From Bugula neritina (lineage: Eukaryota; Animalia; Bryozoa): a stretch of DNA of 17,311 nt. Where the stretch lies: NCBI GenBank assembly GCA_964035545.1, contig CAXIUT010000188.1:1-17311 (forward strand), read 5' to 3'. This document shows, one piece after another, positions 1 to 10,708 of the stretch (the stretch's first letter is position 1; the number at the start of each line of letters is the position of its first letter). The notes beneath the pieces are model-generated. The model saw only the letters and a list, made by a program, of their open reading frames with translations. It was not told the origin of the DNA and did not search any database. A program made the position numbers and the translations under genes.

Positions 1-71
1 CCCAACCCCAACCCCAACCCCAACCCCAACCCCAACCCCAACCCCAACCCCCAACCCCAACCCCAACCCCC
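1..71 (+). repeat. Left telomere, (CCCCAA)n, with a C5 variant at 48-52
   Basis: Tandem CCCCAA from base 1, C-rich on + strand as expected for a left chromosome end; same repeat unit as Tetrahymena (T2G4). Confidence 0.97.
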
Positions 72-265
72 GTAATGAATAATTACTTCAAGAAACCAAA
101 CCACTGATTTTGATTATATTTGTTGTTTATATTATCAAAATATTTAAAATTTAGCTAGTTTTGTTTTAAGTAGAAAACTTATTTAAATCGCTTTGTTATT
201 AGATTGATTATAGTTTGAAATAATGGCTATGATTTAGATTTAATAGTTATTTTTTTATTAGTTCA

Positions 266-592
266 ATGAAAGCTATCTTGATAGTTTTGGTTCTTATCGT
301 CCTCACCATTGCTCCTTCTCCAGATCTTGAAAAGTGTATCTAAGATAAATGTCCTGATCAATACTCAAAATGCAAAGCAACTAGAGGATGTGAAGATAAG
401 CTCAATAAATGTGAGGATAGATGTGGAGCAAAATTGGACCAGGCTTGCTGGACTCTCTGTTTGGGACTTCCTGGAGCTGCTGCAAACGTTGCCATATGCT
501 CTGTCAATCAGGGATGCATCTCAAAAATATCAAAATCAGACAGAATTGGATTAACTCTCTTGTAGGCCATCAATAACATCCAAGAAGAATGA
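266..592 (+). CDS. Small secreted cysteine-rich protein (108 aa, 10 Cys)
   Basis: ATG 266 to TGA 590-592, open when TAA/TAG are sense. MKAILIVLVLIVLTIA signal peptide, then CI*DKCPDQYSKCKATRGCEDKLNKCEDRCGAKLDQACWTLC...C...C. Confidence 0.85.
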
Positions 593-833
593 TCCAACAA
601 TCATGAATATAAACTATTCTTTGTTATAAAAATTTATTGATTTTATTCTTTTTGATGATAGATTTTTAATCAAAATCGTCATAATGATGAATCTTATAAA
701 AAGAAATCTTTCAATCAAAATAAAGAAAATAAGAAGAATAATAACCCTTTGAAACTCTTTTTTGAAAGGAAATAACTATCGCTGATATAATTGATATTGT
801 CTTATAATCCAGTTATGATAAGAAGTGGTAAAA

Positions 834-1229
834 TCAGCAAGTTGACGATTGATTGAGACCTACTTTTTAATGACATTTTCCACATCTATGTTATACATCT
901 TTGCACGAATTAAGGCATAAACAACATGCCCCAGTACAAAGAAAAGGCAAAAGCAAACAAATCCAAACCTTAGAAGCATAACCGTTTGTATATTCTATCT
1001 CACTCATTCCTAAGGAACCACATTTATGACAATTTATCATCACTGGTATTCTCGAAAAGTCTGCTACTCTGGGATAATCAGCTGGATGAGGATGTTAAAC
1101 AAAAACAAGATCTGCTTAGTTAGCTCCTTGTCCTACTGATGAAAAGTTACTATAGCTTTTGTAGATTGTATCGTTTTTAGGAGGAATTGGAGGGTTTATG
1201 TATCTGTCAAGTTGCTCAATATTCGACAT
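834..1229 (-). CDS. LITAF-domain (zf-LITAF-like) protein, 131 aa
   Basis: Pro-rich N-terminus, PVMINCHKC (CxxC), hydrophobic WICLLLPFLCTGACCLCL, CKDV*HRCGKC (HxCxxC); ends TGA 836-834. Confidence 0.9.
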
Positions 1230-1411
1230 TATTCGATTCTTACTGTTTTTCACAATTATTATATAGAACAACTGACAAGTTTTAGAAGAAAATAATAATC
1301 AAACTACAAACCTTAGCTCATATAAATGATTTCGAATAGAACTTTTAATTGTATTCTTTTTTTATTAAAGTTCATAAGTAAGTATAAATCAGGCAAAGGT
1401 TATAAATTTTA

Positions 1412-2247
1412 TCAGGGAATATAATAAATAGGTCCTGGACTTCTTTTATTCTTTTATTTCATGCATTATTATGTTATTGTGGTCTTAGCAGCTATCGAAA
1501 ATATATTTTTCTTTGATGATTTTCTTCTTGAATCAACATTTATATTTGGTGTATACTTTCCAGGTCCAATTAATGTGTTTTCTTAATAAAACCATAAATA
1601 CATAACTCTGAAACTAACCTTTGAGTTTTAGGGAAGGAAGCTTTTTTAGTATTTTTGAAATTTGATAAAGTCATTTTTCCTTCCTTCTCAAGATTTAGGT
1701 CATATTTACTGGGTTCAGGATTATGAGTTGGTTGAAGAAAGCTATCAGATGCTTGTTTTTTCCTCAAAGAAAACTTAGATCCTCGATGATACTTAGAAGT
1801 CGACTAAAATTGAGGATTATACTGAATTCACAAAAAAAATACATTTGTGCCTGAAGGATTCTAAATAAAAATAAAAATACTTTGTTAGCAATAGCTTTGG
1901 CAAGATAGTCATTATTTTTAACTTACTATATCGATGTAAAAATACTTCTCGACCGATTCCAAAAGAAACTCCTACTTTTTTTTATGAAGGAAGAGAATAC
2001 TAAGAAGCACAAGGGTTTTTTTCTGGAGGAGTGAAGAAGTATTTTTTTCCATAGCCAAAGGAACAGGTTCTGGTATCTCTTGGAGAAGAAATTTAAAAGA
2101 AATCAATGGTATAGCTATTTTATGAAAGATGTACCTTGATTTATGAGGAGAGAAACGTTGTGATTTACCAAAGGAATACTTATTTTTACGATCGTTTTTG
2201 AAATGAGATTTAGTGAGGATAGAATCAAGACCTGTTAGCTCCGACAT
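1412..2247 (-). CDS. STPG/SHIPPO (ODF3-like) repeat ciliary protein, ~244 aa, 5 introns
   Basis: Introns 2115-2134, 1926-1945, 1861-1880, 1822-1842, 1582-1601 give a 735-nt frame with KYSFGKSQRF, SFGYGKK, NPEPSKY, IGPGKY, SPGPIY motifs. Confidence 0.82.
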
Positions 2248-2474
2248 GATGATTATTATTTTTATTTTAGGAGTTAATTATTATTCTGAATAGTTAAAAT
2301 TTTAAGATATTCATTGAATGATCTTTATCAAGGAATTCATCTTAGAAAGAAATACTTATCATAAAGAAGTTTAGATTTTAAAAAAGATAAATAAAATTGA
2401 CTGAATCGAATGTTCTGATATTTATTTGATTAATTACAATAATATAAATGAACTAGACAAAGTGGTTTGTAGTA

Positions 2475-3011
2475 TCACAAAGAGTTGATAGATGACTCTA
2501 AAAGAGCTTTAACTCGACTGATCTTTTATAGTTTATGACTTTAATCTTGTTGTTGACCCAAAGGCTGTTGTTCAGAGTAGGTGGATGTGAAAGATGCATT
2601 GCCCTACAATTTATTAATCAACTTATGAATCAACTCCTATTGAAGAGCTATTATTGTCTTTTGTTCCTCTACCTATTGATGCAGTTTTTAGACCTAATGA
2701 AGACAATCTTATCTTGACTTCTATCGATATGAATTACCTTTTACTAAACCTATTGAGTTCCCAACGCTTCGATATTCTGGCAACTGATTGCTATTGGCTC
2801 GTACTAGAGTTTTAGTCAAGTTTTGCTTATTTATAGAGTTAGCATTGATGGGAGATAAAGGAATATTTGGAGATTTTTCAGATTGAAGAGCGCTTGTAGA
2901 GTTAATTTGAAGGTATTTATGAATTGTGCGAACTGAATGCGAGTTGATGTGGAGGTTTTGTGAGAAAAGAGAGTGATTAATTCCTGACTGAGATGATTTT
3001 TAAATTTACAT
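2475..3011 (-). CDS. Hypothetical protein with C-terminal coiled coil (178 aa)
   Basis: 537-nt ATG-to-TGA frame with TAR as sense; Glu/Gln/Leu-rich heptads (LH*V*KLHQ*VEEQKTIIALQ*ELIHKL). Confidence 0.65.
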
Positions 3012-3038
3012 ATTGTTTTTGATTCTATAATTAACGAT

Positions 3039-4566
3039 ATGAAGAAAAATGCAAGCTGTAAAGACATCAAAAATAATTACTTTGGGCCTTCCCCTCTAGG
3101 TAGTCCAACTCATGGCTATCGACCTATCTCTAGAAGGCCTAATATCGATCTTCCCTTCTATCGAAATGTGTCTCCAAGTAAGATTCCTATAATTTAGAAG
3201 TTTAGTACATGACCTCCACAAGGAATATTCAATAAAATGGGTTAAAAAAGAAAGTATTTTCAAGTGCAAGAATGCTACCAAAAAATAATTAAAATGTGAG
3301 CATGGTCAATATTGGTCCAGTTAGTCCTTTGGGGTAATCAAGTAAAGTATATGATCAACTGAAGAATAAAATTAACAATCTAGAAGGAAGATTAGTTGAT
3401 GTTAAGAAAAATTTTGAACTTTCTTTTCAAAAGAAGACTCAAGACCTGAGAACAGGTAAAGAAAAGACAGAAGGGAGTTGTTTGAAATTTAAAAATAAAT
3501 TTGATTTTGCCAAAAATAATGATAAGAACAAACTTACTATAAACATCAAACTTCAAAATTAAAATAAAATCAACAACAAAAAAACAGAAAACAACTCATT
3601 GAAACTAAAAGAAGCTAAGACTGATGAAATAAAATAAAATATTGTTCCTAAAAAATAAAAACCTGAAAGTATATTACAATAATATGTAACCACTTTTACT
3701 TGCAAGTAGCCTACTACTCTTACTCATTGTTAATCTGATGCGAATCTTTTCAAACCTCATAGAGTAGCTAAAGAAACTCAACTAAAAGAAAGATATTACA
3801 TAGATGCAGTTATAAATGCATTTGCCAGTAATAAATTGACCAGTTTTGATCAATTATGCAAAAACCATCTTATAACTTCGATTGATATTTTACAACTAGT
3901 CAAAAATAAAATGAAAAATAAACCTTAAAGACCAATTTCTAAGAGATTATTGCCTCCTACAAATAAACCAACTCTTATATTCGATTTAGATTAAACTTTG
4001 ATTCACTGTAACGAGAACAACAATATGCCAAGTGATGTTTCTCTTCCTATTCGTTTTCCAAATGGAGCAACAGTCACTGCCAGTATCAATATTCGTCCTT
4101 ATTTGAGTGAATGTCTTGAAGAATTATCAAAAAATTACTAACTTATTGTATTTACTGCCAGTCATTAGTGTTATGCCAATGTTATAATTGATTATATTGA
4201 TAAGAAGAAAAATATTAGTCATCGTTTCTTTAGAGATAGTTGTTGGAAAAGTTAATAAGGATTTTATGTGAAAGATCTTAGAATAATAGATAGAGATCTT
4301 AAAAATTGTCTACTAATCGATAATGTACATATATATTTATATAGGCTGCTTATAGTTACTGTCTACAATTAGATAATGGAGTGCCTATTGTTCCTTTCTA
4401 CAATAACAAGGCAGACCTTGAACTAAAATCTCTGGTCAACTATGTCAAGTATATCGGAAATAATTCTAATATCAGGTAAAGAAATGCTAGTATTATGAGA
4501 TTAGATGAATATGCTGAGATGAAATAGGCTAAATAACTGATCAAGAAGTTATATAGTCAAAATTGA
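3039..4566 (+). CDS. NIF/FCP1-type CTD small phosphatase-like protein (HAD family), ~495 aa, 2 introns
   Basis: TLIFDLD*TLIHC, INIRPYL, Y*LIVFTAS, FYVKDLR, LIDN|AAYSY, QLDNGVPIVPF; introns 3178-3197 and 4325-4344. Confidence 0.93.
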
Positions 4567-4622
4567 TTTAATTAAAAGTTAAGTTGTAACAAGTTTTATT
4601 AATAACAAATTTTATTAACGCT

Positions 4623-5114
4623 ATGCATCTGCCCTATAGAAACAGAAAGCAAACTTTACCTGTCGTTCGTGATCATAAATTAACACCCTATTTGACAGCT
4701 GTAGTCGATTATTCTCCTGTTCATAAAAATAGTATTTAAAAAATAATAGATAAACATGTTACTCCATTTAACCCGGATAGTCAAACTCTAACTTTCTACA
4801 AACCTCAAAGAAAAACTATGTATGGATCTAATAAAAGTCGAAAAGAGTTCGGAGGGAGTAAAGCATAAAAAAGATTTTAAAGAATAGAAGCCAGAGGTAC
4901 TATGAATCGAAATAAATCTAGTCAAATTGTTGATAAATCTGAAATTAAAGGATTCACTTAGTATAGACCTTATTTGCTTAGTAATCGAAAAAGTAATAGC
5001 ACTTTGAAAGTTAAAGTTTAGATAAAATAAGAAAAAGAGTTACCTGACTCTTTTTGTTAGTAGCTCTTACAGACATAGATATACAGTCTGTAGTAGCCGA
5101 GTGATTTTATTTGA
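4623..5114 (+). CDS. Hypothetical basic protein (163 aa)
   Basis: 492-nt ATG-to-TGA frame with TAR as sense; no recognisable motif. Confidence 0.62.
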
Positions 5115-5300
5115 ACTATTTTGTATAATTTTTACCTTGATATATTTATCAAAGATAGCTTTTTTAATAAAAAGCTAAAAAAATCAAGTTTACTGTTTAA
5201 TTTTTCTAGTTCTCATAGTGTTGATAAATTTACATATCATTTATTTTAGAATACAAATTAGCAATGAGATAATCAGTACAATATATGATAAATTCTTTAA

Positions 5301-5371
5301 GGGGTTGGGGTTGGGGTTGGGGTTGGGGTTGGGGTTGGGGTTGGGGGTTGGGGTTGGGGTTGGGGTTGGGG
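5301..5371 (+). repeat. Internal (TTGGGG)n array; right telomere of segment 1 joined to segment 2
   Basis: 12 G-runs, one G5 variant at 5343-5347 followed by 4 perfect repeats; preceded by ~185 nt AT-rich subtelomere-like DNA. Confidence 0.97.
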
Positions 5372-6485
5372 ATTTTCCCTTATCTTTTTTGCAGGAGCAT
5401 GCATTCCTTTTCGAATTTGCTTTACTTTCTGCTACTTTTCTGCATTTTCTTAGCTTATGAAGTTTGCTTTTCTATGACTAGTAATTCCTTTTTATTTTGT
5501 CTTTTTATTTTCTATCTGCGAACATCTTGTAAAACTTGTGTTTCTTGCTGCTTTACTAAGACACTTTTTCTCATATCAAGTTATATCTTTTTCTTTAGCT
5601 TAAGTTTCTTTTTCCTTAGATTCGATAAAATTGTCGACTGTTATTCATTATACATTCTAGGAGTTAACTATCTAACAGCTATTGGCTCTTCCAGATAGAT
5701 ATTGCCATCTGTTTCGTTGTTATCTTGATCATTTATATTCTTATTTAGATATTGTTTTTCATCTTCAGTTAATTTTTATTTTATGTTTTCAAAAGTAAGA
5801 TCAATATCTTTGACTATTTGTAGATCTTTTGCTGAGGGACATGCTTTAGTCAGATGTTTAATTTATTCTTTAATTTTGTTCAAAAGATAAACCAAATGAT
5901 GACGACTTACTTTTTTGCTAAAACACATCCTGATAATTAAAGTTTCAGAAATTTATTTATGAAAAAGAGATGCTTAATCAAGTTCTGTCGAATCCAAAAG
6001 GTTGCTTATGATTTAAATTGCTACTATTGCAAATCTGTAATATTCAGGCAAAAAAGCATGAGTTCGTTCTAAAAGTTTGGCACATATTTGTGTCAGAACG
6101 ATTCCTCTGGCTATGATCTTCGAATAGATAGAGATACTTTATTATTTTTAATTTTTTAGATGATTGATAATGGTCTCAACAATGATGGTAAATTCAAGAA
6201 TAAATGCCTGATAAAGTTTGTTCTCAGTTAACTGTTTGAAATTGCTTTTGATTAAATTTGACAGGGCATTAGCAGCTATTATTTTCTAGCTGACTCTAAG
6301 TTAGTTGAGGTAATTGAAGTACAAGAGTAGCTGTTGAACAATTGTTGGATATCAGTACCAGGTAATAATTTATTCTGAGGATGATGATGATTCGCACAAG
6401 CTAACAAAAGCTACTTGGTGAGATCGTTGAGTTGTTAAGGACTTTTTCTGAAGATTTAAGCTTGTTATGGTAGAAGAGTCTACAT
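5372..6485 (-). CDS. Nop14-like protein (C-terminal domain only), running into the telomere array with no stop codon
   Basis: ATG 6485; IARGIVLTQICAKLLERTHAFLPE and EPIAVR*LTPR plus a Lys/Glu-rich tail resemble the Nop14 C-terminal region (recall, not a search); one apparent frameshift near 6350. Confidence 0.55.
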
Positions 6486-6518
6486 TGATTAATATGTGAT
6501 CTATAAAAATATAACTCT

Positions 6519-7449
6519 ATGGCATAAAACGGAGCGTAAGCATATGATTATATAGAAAGGCTAAATTAATAGAACAACACATCAAACTCAAGGGTCAACT
6601 AAAGGAACTAGCTGCCTAAGATGGATGAAATAGCTTAGAAAGAGCGGGAACGTAAAAAAAAGAAACAGTTAAAATAATCAGATAGAAGAAGATTAAAGAG
6701 TTGTAGAACTTAAAAAAGAACTTAAAGACCAAGAAATTAGGATACAAAAAAACAAAGCTTAAATAACTAAGCTTAGAAGAAATCTTGACAGCAAGTACGA
6801 TATAAATAAGATTGTTTAAAAATAAAACGAGCTCAAGCATCTGAAAGGGCAACTTAAATCTCTTGAAGAAGAGAAATAGTCTCTTTAAAAATCAGAAAAA
6901 CACAAGAGAAGGCTCTCAAGAATAACTAAGACAGAGAGACTGCAAACAAAATATCTAGAATGGAAGAATAATTAAAAACAGCTTACTCAAAAAACAAAAA
7001 AGCAAGTAGAAACTATAAATGACAAAGAAAAACAGATCAGAAAATTACATGAACAGTATATTATTAAGGAATAAAAAGTCAGATAAATAGAAAATAAACT
7101 AAAAGAAAAGAAACCTCATGCCGAAGAAGTTAATGAACAAATGATTACTCAACTTGAAGAAGAAGTAAAAACTCTAGAAAATCAAAGAGCTTAGATATAA
7201 AAAGAAGGAAATGATAAAATTAGGGGTCTTGAAAGAGAAAGAAAGGATTTAAAAAGTTAGCTTTAAAAAAAGAAACTTATTTTGGAAGAAAAAGAAAAAG
7301 AATTGAGACTCAATCAACTTAAACACAAATAAATCATGAGATTAGTGAACTCAGCTCACGAAGAAGGAAAGGAAAAAGACAACAAAGAATAGAAGAGAGT
7401 TGTAAATAAGAGAGGGAAGATAAGCTCCTAAAATGTAGGGATAAGATGA
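6519..7449 (+). CDS. Coiled-coil protein with several apparent 1-nt indels; 3' end uncertain
   Basis: ATG 6519, 20-nt intron 6536-6555, long Glu/Lys-rich heptad sequence; frame shifts at ~6616, 6654-6661, ~6888, ~7000. Confidence 0.6.
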
Positions 7450-7539
7450 CGATATCATCGAGTAAAATCCTCATCCAAAGCTCCAGTAAAACCTAAGAAG
7501 AAGTAGTATGGATTTTGATCCAAATATGATGATTGATTC

Positions 7540-7764
7540 ATTCTGGCATATTAATTAATCATATTTACAGATTTTTATTTTTTAACATGAAGTGTGCTAA
7601 TTAAGAAAGAAATAGATATACAAGGACTTCTTTTATTTCATCTAAAGATTGCTCAGCTTTATTCATCAATTCGAGGGATCCTTTGAGACTTTAGAATTGG
7701 TAAGTTTGAGTGGCGGCTGTAGTAAGATTTAAAGTAGTTGTTTAAACAGTTGTTTGGAGCTCAT
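7540..7764 (-). CDS. Possible small hypothetical protein
   Basis: Open frame ELQTTV*TTTLNLTTAATQTYQF*SLKGSLELMNKAEQSLDEIKEVL; needs an indel after ATG 7764, end uncertain. Confidence 0.25.
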
Positions 7765-7783
7765 AATAATAATTTGCAAGTTG

Positions 7784-8842
7784 ATGAGTACTGGGTCGAG
7801 CATGGAGAAATCAAGGAGAGTTTTGGGTTATTACTAGATAATAAAGAAGTTGGGATAGGGAGCTTTCGGTTAAATATATCTCGGTCGTAATATTCGTGAT
7901 GGTTCAGAGGTAGCACTTAAGATAGAGAGTGCAAATGTTAAACGTAGCCAGTTGTTATTTGAAAGTAAATTCATAATAGATTTGGCAAAATCAAAAGAAA
8001 TAGGATAAGAAGTCAATATTCCTAATGTTTTCAATATCGGTAAGGAAGGAAATTGTTATGTAATGGTGATGGATTTGTTAGGAAACTCACTTTAAGATTT
8101 ATTAAATCTTTGTGAAAGAAAGTTTTCACTTAAAACAACTGTTTTGGTTGGAATTGATATGCTTAGACTCATAAAATTTGTTCATTCAAGAGGAGTATTA
8201 CACAGAGACATAAAACCAGATAATTTTTTAATTGGAAGAAAACAAAACATTTCAAAGGTATTCATGATTGATTTTGGCTTGGCTAAAAGGTTTCTTGGAA
8301 AATAAAAATAACATATTTCTTATAAAGATAATAAAGATCTCACAGGAACCGCCAGGTATTCTTTGTTCAACTTAGATATGCATCGATCAATACTCCATCT
8401 TGGAATTTAGCAAGGAAGACGAGATGATCTTGAGTCTCTTATCTATGTCCTCATTTATTTTTTGAAAGGAAGTCTTCCTTGGCAGTCCATGAAAGGAAAA
8501 TGTAAAAAGTAAAAATATGACAAAATTATGGAAAAAAAATTAACAATCCAACTTTCTCAACTTAATTAAGGTTTACCGAAAGAATTTCAGGAAATGTTAG
8601 CTTATGTGAGAACTTTACACTTCAATTCAACTCCTAATTATGACTACTTGGAATAAAAGTTAAAAGAGATTGCTGATAAGGAGGCTTTTAATTTATAAGT
8701 TCGTGATTTTGATTGGATTCAGGTTGTGAGAAGAAAATAGCTTAGAAGCAAAGACTTTCTGAACAGCAGAATCGAGTTCATATCTGATATGTTGTATAAT
8801 TTTATTAATCAAAGTAGTAGAAATGAATATGAAACCGTCTGA
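7784..8842 (+). CDS. CK1: Casein kinase 1 family Ser/Thr kinase
   Basis: [54 protein letters not shown]|[24 protein letters not shown]; intron 8356-8375; extra C at ~8395; stop is 8840-8842, or 8785-8787 if another indel. Confidence 0.95.
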
Positions 8843-9754
8843 GGCCTTTCGAACATCAACATTTAATCATGATTTTGGATTCAAAGAGTATATCACTCCT
8901 GGTTGCTAGTGTGATCCAAAAAAACAAATTTTGCAAAGAGAATTAGATGACTATAAACATCGACCTAAGCAGGGTAAATTTAAAGTGACAACAAAGGCGA
9001 TTGTCTGTCATTTTGATGAATTAGCAAAACTTACTAGTGCTAATCCAGCTCCTTCTAGGTACAAAACTGGAAATGATTTTATTAGGAGAAGTAAATCTTT
9101 ATCTCTTAAAAAAATAGTGGTGGATTTAAAATCTAATAAAAAGACATATTTAGATGAGATAACAGATTTCTAGAAGAAACACAAACCTCCTGCAGTTGGT
9201 AAAGCTGACCTGACTAAATACACAGATTTAGGAACAAAAAATTCTCACCTATAAAAAATAATCAATAAAGAATAAAAAATAAATAACTTTGATGATGTTG
9301 TAAAAGTAGCTGCAGAACTACCAGGACCTGGACAATTCAATCCTCATGTACAATCACATTAATCAAGAAAAGAGTAGATAAGTTGAAAGTTGACAGGACC
9401 ACTTACAAGGACTGGCAAAGTTATCATTCGACTAAAGAAAAGAAACTTAAGAGAGCAGTTTCAACTAAACTTGGTCCATCGACTTATAATCCTGTTGTAG
9501 CTGGTACGTTTTAGGAGTAGAGCAGTAGATAAGTCGAGAGTATTAATTTTATTATTTAGCCTATATCAAGATGGAGTCATGGAGTTATTGATATCAGAAA
9601 AGGAAGACGGTCTGATTACAAAGACCCAAGTCCTAGCAACTATGACACCATTCATCAATGGACTACTTCAAGAGATACCAGATAGAAAAAAGTTGGACAT
9701 ATAAATCTATTAAACAGAGTCAGCAGTGCCCATAATTTTGGAGTTTATCATTGA
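8823..9754 (+). CDS. STPG/SHIPPO-like repeat protein, 2 introns
   Basis: NPAPSRY, PPAVGK, LPGPGQFNPH, LGPSTYNP, DPSPSNY motifs; introns 9348-9367 and 9540-9559; one apparent extra T at 9509-9512. Confidence 0.75.
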
Positions 9755-9916
9755 TTAATAAGATTAATTATTTAATATATTGACAATAATAAAAGTAATG
9801 TATGTTAGTTAAATATCTTTTAAAATGATTTTCATAAGAATATTTTTTTCAATTTGAACCTTATCTAATATACATCGATTAAACTATAATAATAATTAAC
9901 AATAAAAGTAGATTAA

Positions 9917-10679
9917 TCAATTTCCTTTTCTATTTTGTTTTTGTTTTTGTTGTTAAATTCTTTTCATAAGAAAAGAAGGTATATTTTACATCTATTTTTA
10001 ATTTTATCCTCTTTTTTCTTCCATACTCAATCGTAAAAATTTATTTTTATTCTTGTATATTATTTCATCAGGACTTTCTGGTTCATCTTCGATTGTTTAA
10101 GCTATAAGCAATCTTCCATGAGAAAAAGAAGGCTTTAAGTTAAATTAAAGGACCACTAATTTATTTTTCTAATTTTTTACTAAATTGTTCTCTATAAAAA
10201 GATGAACTAAAATCTAAATGGTTTTCTTTACTACACTTTTTGTTCTGATGTTTGACTGATTTAGTATAAGAACTGTTTTTTTATTTAAAAGGACTAACTC
10301 TGTTCGAACTAAATTTTTATTCGAAATATGAACTCACAGTTTGCTTTTTTCGATCCTTTTTTTACCAAAACTTTAGGCAAAAATTAGTATTTATTATACA
10401 GATTATTTTTTTCATTTGTTTATTTACTTTTTTATATAAATACTGGAGAACTTTAAGTTTGATGTTTACGGAGAATTTATTCTATGGGTTTTGTTGATGG
10501 AGAAATATCATGTCTTTTGAAGTAGATTGATTAAGATTGATTTTAGTTAGTTGAGGGAGAAAGTAAAGACAGCTTGAACTAAGGTACCTTTTTCCTTTTG
10601 GGAGAACTTCTGTCATGACTATTATAGTATTTTCAATAAGAAGAATAAATTATTCTATCAGAAGCTTTTTACAATTCAT
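9917..10679 (-). CDS. Hypothetical Lys/Ser-rich protein; frame and boundaries uncertain
   Basis: Long TGA-free stretches on the minus strand (e.g. KVP*FKLSLLSPSTN...RHDISPSTKPIE, TIEDEPESPDEIIYK) that join only with frame changes. Confidence 0.4.
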
Positions 10680-10708
10680 AATAAATATGTTTTAATAAAG
10701 TTATTAGA

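Noticed and set aside
72-265. Conserved chromosome-breakage or subtelomeric motif (ACTGATT near both ends of segment 1)
   Set aside because: Short, AT-rich, at inconsistent distances and absent at the last telomere; no Tetrahymena Cbs 15-mer was seen
309-554. ORF-track 81-aa protein
   Set aside because: Wrong frame; the frame starting at 266 gives a signal peptide and a coherent Cys pattern
5301-5371. Telomere-bearing transposon or CRISPR-like array interpretation of the internal repeats
   Set aside because: The arrays are in direct, not inverted, orientation; no transposase, target-site duplication or spacers are visible
5218-5698. ORF-track proteins with GLGLG/WGWGW repeats (also 11513-11779)
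   Set aside because: They are translations of the telomeric repeat plus the antisense strand of real minus-strand genes
6610-6895. Euplotes-style programmed frameshifting at TAA (GCC TAA G; CTT TAA AAA)
   Set aside because: Only two of about ten shifts are next to TAA, TAA is read as sense dozens of times, and the others are plain homopolymer indels
7441-7518. TGA readthrough at 7447-7449
   Set aside because: The region is indel-prone and another frame is equally plausible; conserved Trp sites use TGG and the other genes end at TGA
3992-8410. Split code UAA=Lys / UAG=Glu as in Oligohymenophorea sp. PL0344
   Set aside because: TAA itself occupies conserved Glu sites (DLDET, SLEDL, ExCD), so both codons behave alike
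8823-8842. Overlap between the CK1 3' end and the next gene
   Set aside because: A single missing A near 8735 would end CK1 at TGA 8785-8787 with no overlap; cannot be resolved here
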